From assembly GCA_963674735.2 (NCBI GenBank), contig CAXXQS010000001.1, forward strand, positions 1,056,001 through 1,120,000: a stretch of 64,000 nt of DNA, in the 5' to 3' direction. Origin of the DNA: Myxococcota bacterium (GTDB lineage Bacteria > Myxococcota_A > SURF-8). The notes under the pieces are model-generated. The model saw nothing but the letters and a program-made list of their open reading frames with translations, was not told the DNA's origin and did not search any database. The translations under genes were made by a program, and so were the position numbers. This document shows, piece by piece, positions 31,001 to 37,325 of this stretch; the stretch's first letter is position 1; every line of letters starts with the position of its first letter.

Positions 31001-32790
31001 AGGTTCTGTGCCACAAAGGCAAGATCGACTTGCTCTCCGATGCGAACCTGCTCGAAATACAAGCTGTCGGCAAGCGGAGCACCTTCCGGATCGGTTAATG
31101 ACAGAGTTGGGGCGACGCCCTGGCCATCCATCAGGACATCCAGAGACGGAGTGTCGGGATCGTCGGCATTGATCGTCAGTTTTCCGCTATAGGCGGCACG
31201 TTCCAAAGGCGTAAAGGTGAGCGTGAGGTCAAGTGTGTCATCGACGGCGATCGTTGCCGGCAGTTGCTCGCCGGGGGCCAGTGCGACCGAAAAAGCCGCG
31301 TCCCCGCTGAGACTGAAACTGGTTATGTCGAGCGCCGTTTCGCCGACGTTCGCGATGGAAACCGTTTCTTCCGCCGTTGTATAAACCCCTGTTTGGCCGA
31401 AACTGACAGACTGACGGCTCAATTCCCATGAAGGCGTGATCCCTTCGCCGCTGAGCGCCACATCCAATGTGCTGGAGGGGTAAAAACGACCGGTCAAGCG
31501 CAGGGTTGTATTGTGAGTGCTCAGGCTCGTCGGGACGTAGGAAACATGGATTGTTTGGCTCTGGCTTGCGCCGAAAGGTTGGTCGAGAGCGGCGGATGCA
31601 TCGAAAGAGAAGGGGGTGCTTCCTTCAACGATTTCAGCACTTTCGATGATGGCTTCGCCTCCGCCCGAATTGGTGAGAACGAGCGCTAACTGTGTGAGCG
31701 AACCAAGCGGGCGGCGTCCGAAATCCATGCTTTCGGGGGTTAACTCGATACTGGGTGCGACTCCGCGACCACTAAGATCAACCGCGCCCGTTGCGCGCGT
31801 ATCGGATTCGGCATTGGTGGTGAACAGCATACGATCGGAAATATTTCCGACACTGTCGGGCTTGAAAACAACCGGAATGTCGATACTGTCACCCGGCGCC
31901 AGCATCTGTGTCTGGTCGGCCACGAAGGTATCGTCGTAATAAAACTGGGGCGAACTGCTCTCGAAGGTGAAGGGGCCAAGCTCCAAGACGGCATTCGAGT
32001 CGGGTTGAGCGACATGGGTCAAGGTGACGCTCAAGCTTTTTCCGGCCGGATTCAGAATATCCCAATCGCCGAAGTTCAGCGTTGCGGTTGAGATGGACAA
32101 AAGTGGGCTGCCACTGTAGGTGGAACGTGTTTGAACGCTGGCTTCCGGAATCAGGGGGTCGTTGCTCAGGATATACAGGGTGCAACTGTCTTCTCCGGCA
32201 TCGAGCATGCGATAGGAGAGGATGATGACGCGACTTTCGCCCGGACCGATGGCGGCGAATTCCTGGGGAGGGGTTACAACCGAGAATTCGTCTTGGCAGG
32301 AATGGTGGAAATTGACGGCGCGGATTTCGAGCGCGGCGTCACCGTGGTTTTGAATGAGCAGGTTTTCCGTGTCGGTCTGGTTGAGGATGACGGGGTCGAA
32401 GATAATCTGAGCGGGCAGGACGATGCTTGGGGCCGGACCTTCCGAGTCGGCGATAACATCGTTGTCAATATCATTTTCGGAATCGAGATCTTCGTCGCCA
32501 TCAATGTCAGTATCGGGCTTTTCGCTCAAATCACTTTCCGTATCGCTGTCGAGGTCATCGATATCGCCATCGGTCGGGATATCCCCATCGGTTGTTGGAT
32601 CCGAGTCCGTATCTCCATCGGTGGGCCAATGGTAGTCCCGATCCCCTTGTGTTTGATCGAGATCTCCGGGCGTGGGGGAGGTGTCGTCTTCGGAGGATCC
32701 TAAACATCCGCTGAAAAGGGTGCTGGATGTAAGGAGAAAAAACAGACTGATCCCGAGGAAGGCGGGATAGCGAAAAACGTTCATCTTCAT
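19066..32790 (-). CDS. Giant 4574-aa Cys-rich surface lipoprotein: acidic linker, six choice-of-anchor-D/ASH-like Ig domains, ~58 MopE-like metal-binding repeats and a C-terminal domain
   Basis: Uninterrupted ORF; GGAGG RBS; signal peptide with lipobox FSG-C; six 'F(G)...N.G..L.I' beta-sandwich units; repeated E-x-C-[DN]-x-x-D-[ND]-[DN]-C-D-G-x-x-D-E motif. Confidence 0.9.
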   Translation of the reverse strand: MKMNVFRYPAFLGISLFFLLTSSTLFSGCLGSSEDDTSPTPGDLDQTQGDRDYHWPTDGDTDSDPTTDGDIPTDGDIDDLDSDTESDLSEKPDTDIDGDEDLDSENDIDNDVIADSEGPAPSIVLPAQIIFDPVILNQTDTENLLIQNHGDAALEIRAVNFHHSCQDEFSVVTPPQEFAAIGPGESRVIILSYRMLDAGEDSCTLYILSNDPLIPEASVQTRSTYSGSPLLSISTATLNFGDWDILNPAGKSLSVTLTHVAQPDSNAVLELGPFTFESSSPQFYYDDTFVADQTQMLAPGDSIDIPVVFKPDSVGNISDRMLFTTNAESDTRATGAVDLSGRGVAPSIELTPESMDFGRRPLGSLTQLALVLTNSGGGEAIIESAEIVEGSTPFSFDASAALDQPFGASQSQTIHVSYVPTSLSTHNTTLRLTGRFYPSSTLDVALSGEGITPSWELSRQSVSFGQTGVYTTAEETVSIANVGETALDITSFSLSGDAAFSVALAPGEQLPATIAVDDTLDLTLTFTPLERAAYSGKLTINADDPDTPSLDVLMDGQGVAPTLSLTDPEGAPLADSLYFEQVRIGEQVDLAFVAQNLGEVELLLNPISLLPSGQLDFRISPNPADPIQPEAETLFTLTYQPKLPPGADAATLLLESNDPERPETRIGLSGYAINPLIAVTPATAENSPWDFGRLQVYQTFGPREFVITNSGFGPLTIERLDIEIDNGTGSEFSISGASASLPFDITPGTEGHESFTFGVSFLPLAVTTYTCRVNIHSSDLDNPVTTVYLAGSGRNCEECWHDIDDDPSDCEYYCCYSNGGVEVCDTEDNNCDGQTDEQFDLGTACEGLGECGQGHIECHPENPQFTVCSTDRMGSVYEGVDEICDAKDNDCDGQTDEGFDIGQSCDGIGQCGLGLIECKNANESVCSTDIDGSEYSGGTEYCNGLDDDCDTQTDEGFDVDTLCDGVGECGEGVIECDPQDENLTLCSTDIGGSSHIPNGELCNNLDDDCDGQTDEELELGNPCQPPGECGEGVIECDGLYLTRCSTAFGGSAYDGSAEICDGKDNDCDDSTDEGFNLDEACDGAGECGAGVTQCDPNNPIGVICSTEPGGTSDESAPEVCDGKDNNCNNQVDEAFSLGVLCDGTGECGIGVVECDPDNDNRTICSSEPGGSDDQSKEELCNNLDDDCDGLTDGGLGVGEACQPPGECRAGVVECDAQNIVQCSTGPGGSSYDGSAEICDNHDNDCDGQTDEDFSLGSACNGEGECGEGLVECHPTNANQTVCSTDALGSNPQDVTEICDDKDNDCNGQTDEGFSVGVICEGIGVCGEGLTECDASNPTRTLCSTDIGGSQHQHADELCNAFDDDCDGQTDEDFPTLGDLCTYGVGDCNVGVIECMQSDATQTICSKAPGGSQYNNSEEVCNGVDDNCDGATDEGFNIGASCSGIGACGDGILECNGLHATRCSTLPGGSADQSTTEICDEVDNDCDDQTDEGFSIGTSCDGIGECGQGQLQCAPDDSSATICSTDMGGRDDQSSTDVCDGLDNDCDGFSDEDFNIGLPCNGIGVCGSGITECHPTDTNRAICSTDVDGSQDQSVSELCNGFDDDCDSQTDEDFPLGDSCEGEGYCGSGALECDPADANSIICSTEPGGSENQAKLEWCDDIDNDCDSQTDEDYNIGSACEGVGECPQGQLECFSFSRAICSTNPGGSAYVPVSELCDNKDNDCDGSTDENFSLGLPCNGVGICGEGVRECHPTDPSSWICSTDIGGSSDGSETEICNEQDDDCDGLIDEDFGVGAACLGIGECANGVLECAGPDNTRCSSNPGGSEYTNVTELCDGLDNDCDGLTDEDFLVGQSCDGIGQCGSGLIECADTTHARCSTDIGGSQYDNPLVGGKPELCDGKDNDCDGQKDEDFDIGQSCSGVGECPNGVWECDLDDSSVRLCSTNFNGSAYSGSDEQCDSLDNDCDGQTDEDYNIGGLCDGEGPCGLGVWVCLNALEVTCSSSLVGHDDYEGVNETCNDIDDDCDAQTDEDFFVGAICDGEGECGQGMIECRPGDPLSTICSTDPEGSHREDIPESCDDLDNDCDGQTDEDFFIGDTCDGTGECGIGQFECASLISNRCSTDPGGSADDSGTESCNGLDDDCDGVADEDYALGQLCNGIGACGEGVYECNVSGSVRCSTDVGGTEYDGSSELCNGIDDDCDTETDEDFDLGESCSGIGECADDPGEWECGGNQEAVCSTSSGGSEYAGEPEACDSLDNDCDGRIDEDFGIGELCDGVGQCGIGTWECKTESTRACSTEPFQSEDQSITERCNLLDDDCDGYTDETFPVGSTCLGIGACPTGVYECNPEDDSSYICSTNPGGSAYDEQVELCNGLDDDCDTQVDEDYQIGYGCNGTGVCLLAFGSWLCNGPDERVCSVDLPYVLSTCDPYYNPGDCVSCDPAQDPENCIANPDFGGQAELCDQLDNDCDGETDEDFPNLGDTCDAGGACGIGFVECNTDDPSQTRCSKDPGGSQYGTNQEVCNGLDDDCDSETDEDFDIGNSCTGQGECDSGVYECATLTARRCSVDIGGSEYAGVDELCDGLDNDCDGVTDEGYQLGTSCNGVGECGPGVKECDPQNALTTICSTDIDGSQSEDLPESCNSQDDDCDGLTDEDFDLGQSCDGLGECGQGVNECNGIGGVRCSSEWGGSQYEGVSESCNLSDDDCDGLIDEGFGIFDVYGERILCTGSGGCGQGLMECLDATTPICSTDPGGSQFNPTGERCNGLDDDCDTQTDEDWPTLSQACDGVGACGIGVYECNLDEDGIVCSTDSGGSEFGGRTEFCNGVDDDCDSQTDEDFAIGQVCEGEGECGQGVTECANDTSIRCDVDLGGSHYGGSTELCDNLDNNCDGRTDEGFQLGDTCDGIGECRLGIIECDANDPTRSICSTNPGGSAFDGITERCDQKDNDCDGETDESFPIGEPCTAPGPCGGGVLECDTPSSVRCSTQFGGSNWTGSPESCNGQDDDCDYLTDEDFFLDEGTTSIPLGEACDGPGECGMGIVECDTPALAICSTAPGGSAYLGMSELCDGKDNDCDGLTDETFDLGDPCTGIGSCGAGITECTSAQSGIQCSSNPGGTHDNSQIELCDGNDNDCDTLIDEDFEIGESCQGQGQCGSGVWECLNADTRICSTSLGGSQYTPESELCDGIDNDCDGQTDEDFLVGQSCDGIGECGAGVYECINTVNSLCSTNPGGSQYIPHEELCNNLDDNCNGQTDEGMQVGEACSSPGECGSGIIECAPDGTSRCSSGPEGSGDGSQLEICDGLDNDCDTETDEGFNIGQVCNTSSACGQGVYECDESGSSRCSTDFGGSQHQGATELCDGLDNNCDGETDEGYNLDTICEGIGLCGAGNIECVPGTNQTRCSTDIEGSDYAGSFELCDHLDNDCDGQTDEDYLVGQSCEGIGECGIGVYECKNETAFRCSTDIAGSEYEGVNEICDGRDNDCDGKIDETFLLNSQTWQPISCLGTGKCGYGILECDGEHDVRCSTDPSGSQYSGSPEKCNHIDDDCDGATDEDFGVGQPCEGVGECGLGALECLDENQAVCSTDINGGFYGGSTELCDGLDNDCDGQSDEDFGVGLECNGVGECGTGVIECHPSNQNLAICSSDPDGSQTAQSPEICDSLDNDCDGQTDEDWPDLGNPCVGTGGCSDHYGIYECADAGSLICSTSFGGSQYNPSGSEICDGMDNDCDGQTDEDFPLGTACPGVGQCESGVLECDDQGSTRCSTMPGGSANMSTMELCDGIDNDCDGQTDENYNIGQSCQPQGECGPGVLECLNVFTSICSTSPNGSQSEAEPELCDDLDNNCDGRTDEIYNIGQSCDGLGECGAGFIECDTPITTRCSSDANGSSPDTSPEICDAKDNDCDGSFDENFNVGAVCTGIGGCGQGVIECFGAHNTICSSMPGGSNSQAVPELCDGVDNDCNGLTDETFGVGSACQPSQGCNAGVYECGSLYDVICSTEFGGSAYTGSPEKCDGVDNDCDGLIDEDYRSLDPSDPNEEWPYCNGLNCGGLLNTFCQGVGECGTGVWECDDTEERTRCSTIAYEDDRGTGSQYNPVTETCNNKDDNCNGQTDEDFSIGSSCNGVGECPNGVLECATLSTTRCSTLYGGSAYAGRPERCDGLDNDCDYQTDEGYSLTEFCVGDGECGIGQWECFGLYSAICSTNPGGSDYDDPEVGGKQELCDEKDNDCDGQTDELWPEKNQPCSPGLCGTGEWVCREDYQGIECTAWQNAEDEVCDGLDNNCDGITDEGFDLGVGCIGEGLCGPGRTECDPNDPARLATICSTDFSGTAYQGTDEVCNYLDDDCDGQTDEDFKDAQGNYNWSVHCGACNQSCEYSNAQGTCVDGECQVGACLDGYFDLNEDSSDGCECEATALPDSPTCNEADLLPGGSNLSDELPGMVLSESIQLLNTADEAWLMFYANDTLDVSCDNFSLHVWLSDNPGNLFRFDIYRGGCQGSQLACSDTVEFNDYYNFSDPTVGPGTSGECPCRPEEWMPTFAPSYESNWPYRFCTDESATYYVRVYYDPSATDPICDAVVINASNGL
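19760..30330 (-). repeat. Intragenic tandem array of ~58 diverged units of about 58-62 aa with 6 Cys each
   Basis: Manual count gives 59 CxxxDxxCDGxxDE motifs. Unit consensus: DF.IG..C.G.GECG.G..EC.....CST.PGGS.Y....E.CDG.DNDCDGQTDE. Confidence 0.9.
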
Positions 32791-33111
32791 CGTAGCCTCC
32801 AGACAACACGGACAATCCGGGTGCGTTGATCTGTGGCGAATGCCTCCAATATCGTTCGCACACCCATCCGAGTAAAACCCGACCCCACAGAATTTGGGGT
32901 TTTAGGCATATCGTGTTTCCGTTTTATGCACCGTTTAGAAAACGTTAAATACAGTGTGATGATAAAGAGTTATACGATTAAAGTCAAGGTGCGAAACGGC
33001 CTGGATGCGCTCGATTCGCGCAATGCGCGAATTAATTTCAAAGAGTGAAAAACCGGCGAGTAGTCCGAATGAGAGGAGGGGGCGGCGATTGGAGCTAAGT
33101 GGGCATTTTTC

Positions 33112-33140
33112 TTGAAATCTTCGGGGCTTTTGAGTATTCT
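33112..33140 (+). promoter_or_regulatory. Putative sigma70 promoter for the lipoprotein at 33206
   Basis: TTGAAA-N17-TATTCT. Confidence 0.5.
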
Positions 33141-33205
33141 GGCCCCGGTTCTGAGGAAAATTACGATCTCAATCGGCGCGATGCTGGTTTGAAAAGGAGG
33201 GGAGC

Positions 33206-34282
33206 ATGCAGAATAAACGGGTAAAACAATGGACTTGCCTGCTTGTGTGGGTTCTGGCGGCCATGATGCTATGTGCTTGTAGCGATGAGGGAGAAGACGA
33301 AGCTGCCGACGGCGATGCCGGGCCGATTGCCGGAAATGTGGTGTTGAGTGATGAAAATCGCAATTTTCAGGTTCCGCATGTGTTCGACCTCAACGGTCAA
33401 TCGACCATTCTGTTTCGTGACGTTAATGGAATTTTTGCCTATCGCATGAACGCAGGCGACCTGATTCCCATCGACACACTGGGCTCCACCGCTTTGGGCT
33501 ATGGTGTCAATCAGTACGTTGTCGATGACAACTACTTTGTTTGGAATACCCGTACCACCTCGTCCTATCGCTATCAATGGGCGGTGAGTACCACACGCGA
33601 TGCTCAGACCGGACCGCTGGTGCCCGGCATGTGCATCATCACCGACCAGCTGAACCAGAAAGCCTTCGTGGCGGTCAAAGAGAGTGGCGATATGTTCCAG
33701 ATCGCGCTCAGCAACTTCAGCGACACAAGTGAACTGGATCCCATTCGTCTACTCGATCCTGACCAAACCAGTACACCGGTACAGATTCAAGCCTTTAGCT
33801 GTGAAGGAGGTCGCGGCTTTGTGGGATCTGCCGATGGCCGCCTGTTCGAGGTTAATCTGCTTGACAGTACGCCCACGTTGACTCCGCTTTTTGAGGTGGA
33901 CGACAGTTACTTTGCGATGCTGCAGTTTTCCGATCCCTATCTGGTTTGGATAAATTCCAATAATGACATTTGGTTGTACAACACCGAAACGCAGGATGGT
34001 CCGCGTTTGGCTGTCGATGTGGATCCGGTCAATCGAACGACATCGCGTGTCGAAGATTTACGGATCTTTGGCTCGGTTGTCGTGTGGAGCGATGATTCGG
34101 AAGGTAATTACAACATTTGGGCAGCCGATCTGGAAACGATCACCGATCCGGCGATCTATCCGCAGATCACCAACGAGCCGAACGACCAGCGTTTCCCTTA
34201 TATCTACCAGCAGAAAGTCTACTGGCAGGACAACCGCAACGGGAATTGGGAAGTGTTTTCCGGGATCTTGTCCACCCTTTAA
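33206..34282 (+). CDS. Beta-propeller lipoprotein with TolB-like / Methanosarcina-type propeller repeats
   Basis: Lipobox LCA-C; AGGAGG RBS; repeats VVWSDDSEGNYNIW and VYWQDNRNGNWEVF. Confidence 0.75.
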   Translation: MQNKRVKQWTCLLVWVLAAMMLCACSDEGEDEAADGDAGPIAGNVVLSDENRNFQVPHVFDLNGQSTILFRDVNGIFAYRMNAGDLIPIDTLGSTALGYGVNQYVVDDNYFVWNTRTTSSYRYQWAVSTTRDAQTGPLVPGMCIITDQLNQKAFVAVKESGDMFQIALSNFSDTSELDPIRLLDPDQTSTPVQIQAFSCEGGRGFVGSADGRLFEVNLLDSTPTLTPLFEVDDSYFAMLQFSDPYLVWINSNNDIWLYNTETQDGPRLAVDVDPVNRTTSRVEDLRIFGSVVVWSDDSEGNYNIWAADLETITDPAIYPQITNEPNDQRFPYIYQQKVYWQDNRNGNWEVFSGILSTL

Positions 34283-34302
34283 GCACGATAGACAAAAAGC
34301 GG

Positions 34303-34333
34303 AAAAGCCGGGGTTTGAACCCCGGCTTTTTTT
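34303..34333. terminator. Bidirectional intrinsic terminator
   Basis: AAAAGCCGGGGTT-TG-AACCCCGGCTTTTTTT between convergent genes. Confidence 0.85.
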
Positions 34334-34348
34334 CGTGATTACAGGTGT

Positions 34349-35587
34349 TTAATCGCCGAAGTGCTTTTCTTCGTCATATTCGGCGCCGACGGCGTCCGGT
34401 TCCACATCTCGTCCGGCCGCGGGCATTTTGGCCTTTTCTTTGTACCACTCATGCTGAATCAGCAGATTCATGATTTCGTTGGTCCCGGTCCAGATCATCA
34501 TCAGACGCAAATCGCGCAGGAAACGTTCGATGGGGAAGACATCGGTATAGCCGATGCCTCCCATTACCTGCATGCAGCGATTGACGACGTCCCAGGCGGA
34601 TTCGGTGGAGAACTTTTTTGCTTCCGATACCATCCGGCGAGCGTCTTTGCCGCTATCCACCATGCTTGCAGTAGACCAGACAAGGGATCGAGCCGCATCG
34701 AGGCGAGTGACCGATTCGGCGATATGGAAATTCACCGCCTGGAATTTGTTGATGGTTTTGTTGAACGCGGTACGACGAGTGGAATAGCGGGTGGCCACTT
34801 CAAGAGCGGCACGAGCCGTGCCCACTGCGCCGCAAGCCGTGGTCAGCCGTTCGGGGATCATCATGCGGTTGAAAACCTCGGCCCCGCGATTGAGGCCCAG
34901 AATCACGTTTTGTTTGGGAACGCGCGTTCCTTTGAAGGAGATACGGGCTGTCCCGCCGCCGCGTGACCCCATCAGTCCGTAGAGGTGATCGACCCGCACC
35001 GTATCGTCTCGGTCGACAAGGAGAGCGGAAATACATTGGTGGGGATGGGCATTCTCATCGAAGTTGGTGCGCGCATAAACCAAGAAGAAGTCGGCGCCTT
35101 CTCCTCCCACGATGAAACGTTTTTGCCCCGTGAGCAGAAAGTGATCGCCGTTGTCGACGGCTTTGGTGGCGGCGCCGAAGAAGTCGGAGCCCCCGCGTGG
35201 CTCGGTCAAACCCTCCGCGCAAAATTTTTCTCCGCGCAGCACCGGTGCCAGGTAAGTTTCTTTCTGTTCGTCGGTGCCGAAGGTATTCAAAGCCTCGCCG
35301 ACAATGCTTACCAACGAATAAAGACAGGCAAGCGGAGCGCCCAGCGTGCCGATTTCTTCCAGTACGCAGGCTTCGTGTTGCCAGTCGAATCCTCCGCCTC
35401 CGTAGGTCGGGTCAAAGCGCAATCCCAACAAACCCCGGGCGGCGGCCTTTTTCAGGTACTCGGTTGGGAAGCGAACGCTTTCCGATTCCATATCCCGAAT
35501 CAATTGTGCCGGTACATCTTCTTTGAGAAATTGGCGGGCGCGTTCACGCAGAGCAATATGGCTTTCGTTCAAGAAGTGGTCGAACAT
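34349..35587 (-). CDS. Acyl-CoA dehydrogenase
   Basis: GLTEPRGGSD, GQKRFI, MQVMGGIGY..FPIERFLRD and IWTGTNEI. The start at 35587 (MFDHFL) is preferred; the ORF-track extension overlaps the kinase gene. Confidence 0.92.
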   Translation of the reverse strand: MFDHFLNESHIALRERARQFLKEDVPAQLIRDMESESVRFPTEYLKKAAARGLLGLRFDPTYGGGGFDWQHEACVLEEIGTLGAPLACLYSLVSIVGEALNTFGTDEQKETYLAPVLRGEKFCAEGLTEPRGGSDFFGAATKAVDNGDHFLLTGQKRFIVGGEGADFFLVYARTNFDENAHPHQCISALLVDRDDTVRVDHLYGLMGSRGGGTARISFKGTRVPKQNVILGLNRGAEVFNRMMIPERLTTACGAVGTARAALEVATRYSTRRTAFNKTINKFQAVNFHIAESVTRLDAARSLVWSTASMVDSGKDARRMVSEAKKFSTESAWDVVNRCMQVMGGIGYTDVFPIERFLRDLRLMMIWTGTNEIMNLLIQHEWYKEKAKMPAAGRDVEPDAVGAEYDEEKHFGD

Positions 35588-35597
35588 ACAAACCCCC

Positions 35598-37115
35598 TTA
35601 CGATACGAGACTGCTTTCTTCAGCGATCGATTCTTCAAAAGCTTTTTGTTTGGCTTGGCTGATGATTTCCTTGGCTTCATCCGGCGCGACATGATCGAGC
35701 AGGATTGTGAAGCGGGTTCCAATATCCGGGGTGCTTTCGAGCCGGATGTCTCCGCCATGTTTACGAATGATACTAAACGCAACCGACATGCCGAGCCCCG
35801 TTCCTTCTCCAACGTCCTTGGTGGTGAAGAACGGATCAAAAATGCGATTTTGTATGTTCTCGGGAATGCCCGATCCGTTATCGGTGACAATTACGGTAAA
35901 GCGCCCATTGGTAAATTGCGTTTCTATGCGCAAAGTCGGGTCCGGGCGTCCAGCCATCGCGTGTGCGGAATTGATGAAGAAATTCAGAAAAACTTGCTTG
36001 AGTTGTTGTGGATAGCCGATGATCGTTGGAAGGTTGGGACTAAGATCTTCAATAATGCTTACATGTTTCAGCTGGTTGTTTGCCACGCGCAGACTCAATC
36101 GGATAATTTCATTAAGATCCGCTTCATTGGCGCTTTCCGTTCCTTGATGGCTGAAATCCTTGAGGTCTTTAACGAGCTTGGTTACACGACTGGTTCCTTC
36201 TTCCATGTCGGTACAGATATTTTCCATGTCATCAAGGATCGGTAAAAGTCCGGATTTATAGATCCAATCAATCACTTCTCTGGCTATTGTCTCGGATTGG
36301 GATCCTTCCGCTTCAGCCGCTTTCACTCGTTTGGCGAGCTCTTTTAACCTTGGTGCAGATAAACGAAGCATTTCGAGGTTGGTCGAAATGAAGGTGATCG
36401 GATTGTTGACTTCATGTGCGATTCCAGCCACCAATTGACCGAGGGAGGACATCTTCTCGTTTTGAATAAGCTGAAATTGCAACATTTTTTGTTCGGTGAC
36501 ATCTCGGGCGATCAGGACGTAACGATTGTCCAAATCATTATGGATTGGAGCGATGTACATTTCGTATTCTCGTCCGAGCACGTGATGTTGATACTCACGA
36601 GAAAGTTCCCTTTGAGTTCGCATGGGACATACGGCGCAATCGTCGGCTGTGCATTTAAGAACATCGAGACACGAAAGTCCGACTTGATCGCCAAAGCGGT
36701 CAATGGCCACCTGATTCATGAAAATGATTTGTCCGTTGGAGGCCAAGACCAAGATGGAATCTTTCAGGCTGTTGAAGATCGTCAACATCTGAATCCGCTG
36801 CTTTAATTCCTGGAATTCGCTGTTTGTGGGCGGTTCAGAGCTGTCGGAGATATCGGACTCGGGCTGCTTATGTTTCGTAGCGAACCGGACCGAGATGGCG
36901 CCGACGCAGATCGTGAAACTTAAAATGATTCCATAAACCGCATGCGGATAAAAAACAACGAGTAGCAAACCGCACAAGTCGAAAGCCGCAATCAGTAGTG
37001 CGAGTATTCGGTGGATGGCAGGACGGTTGGGTTCCGTTAAAACTTTTACGATCAGAGCGAAGGCCGTTACAAGAAAAACGAGCGGAAGAAAGGTATGTAA
37101 CCAGAGTGAATTCAT
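35598..37115 (-). CDS. Membrane sensor histidine kinase (3 TM, PAS, HisKA, HATPase)
   Basis: N-terminal TM helices; AHEVNNP; DNGSG, FDPFFTTK and GTGLG. Start uncertain (37115 or 37223). Confidence 0.88.
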   Translation of the reverse strand: MNSLWLHTFLPLVFLVTAFALIVKVLTEPNRPAIHRILALLIAAFDLCGLLLVVFYPHAVYGIILSFTICVGAISVRFATKHKQPESDISDSSEPPTNSEFQELKQRIQMLTIFNSLKDSILVLASNGQIIFMNQVAIDRFGDQVGLSCLDVLKCTADDCAVCPMRTQRELSREYQHHVLGREYEMYIAPIHNDLDNRYVLIARDVTEQKMLQFQLIQNEKMSSLGQLVAGIAHEVNNPITFISTNLEMLRLSAPRLKELAKRVKAAEAEGSQSETIAREVIDWIYKSGLLPILDDMENICTDMEEGTSRVTKLVKDLKDFSHQGTESANEADLNEIIRLSLRVANNQLKHVSIIEDLSPNLPTIIGYPQQLKQVFLNFFINSAHAMAGRPDPTLRIETQFTNGRFTVIVTDNGSGIPENIQNRIFDPFFTTKDVGEGTGLGMSVAFSIIRKHGGDIRLESTPDIGTRFTILLDHVAPDEAKEIISQAKQKAFEESIAEESSLVS

Positions 37116-37325
37116 CGATCTGTCGCCAATCACGAAGGCAAGCTGTTTAAATGATTTAATCTTTTCTGATAACCGTGCGAAGTTTAAAAGATGAGCGGAT
37201 AATCTGCAAGCCTTAATTCTCATAGATCATTGTAAAGCATTATAAAGCCGATGATTGTCAATAACTTGAAATAACTCTTGAAAACATGGCATAGTGCTGC
37301 CTGAAAAAGATGAATGGAGGTAATC

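Noticed and set aside
19089-32863. Many 60-360 aa alternative-frame and antisense ORFs inside the giant gene
   Set aside because: They are shadows of the repetitive Cys/Asp/Gly codon pattern (recurring 'AVAIVV' and 'SQSLS' translations), with no independent motifs.
35588-35890. N-terminal extensions in the ORF track (acyl-CoA dehydrogenase here; also 2672, 60186, 60560 and 61827)
   Set aside because: They overlap upstream genes; downstream ATGs with an RBS or translational coupling fit better.
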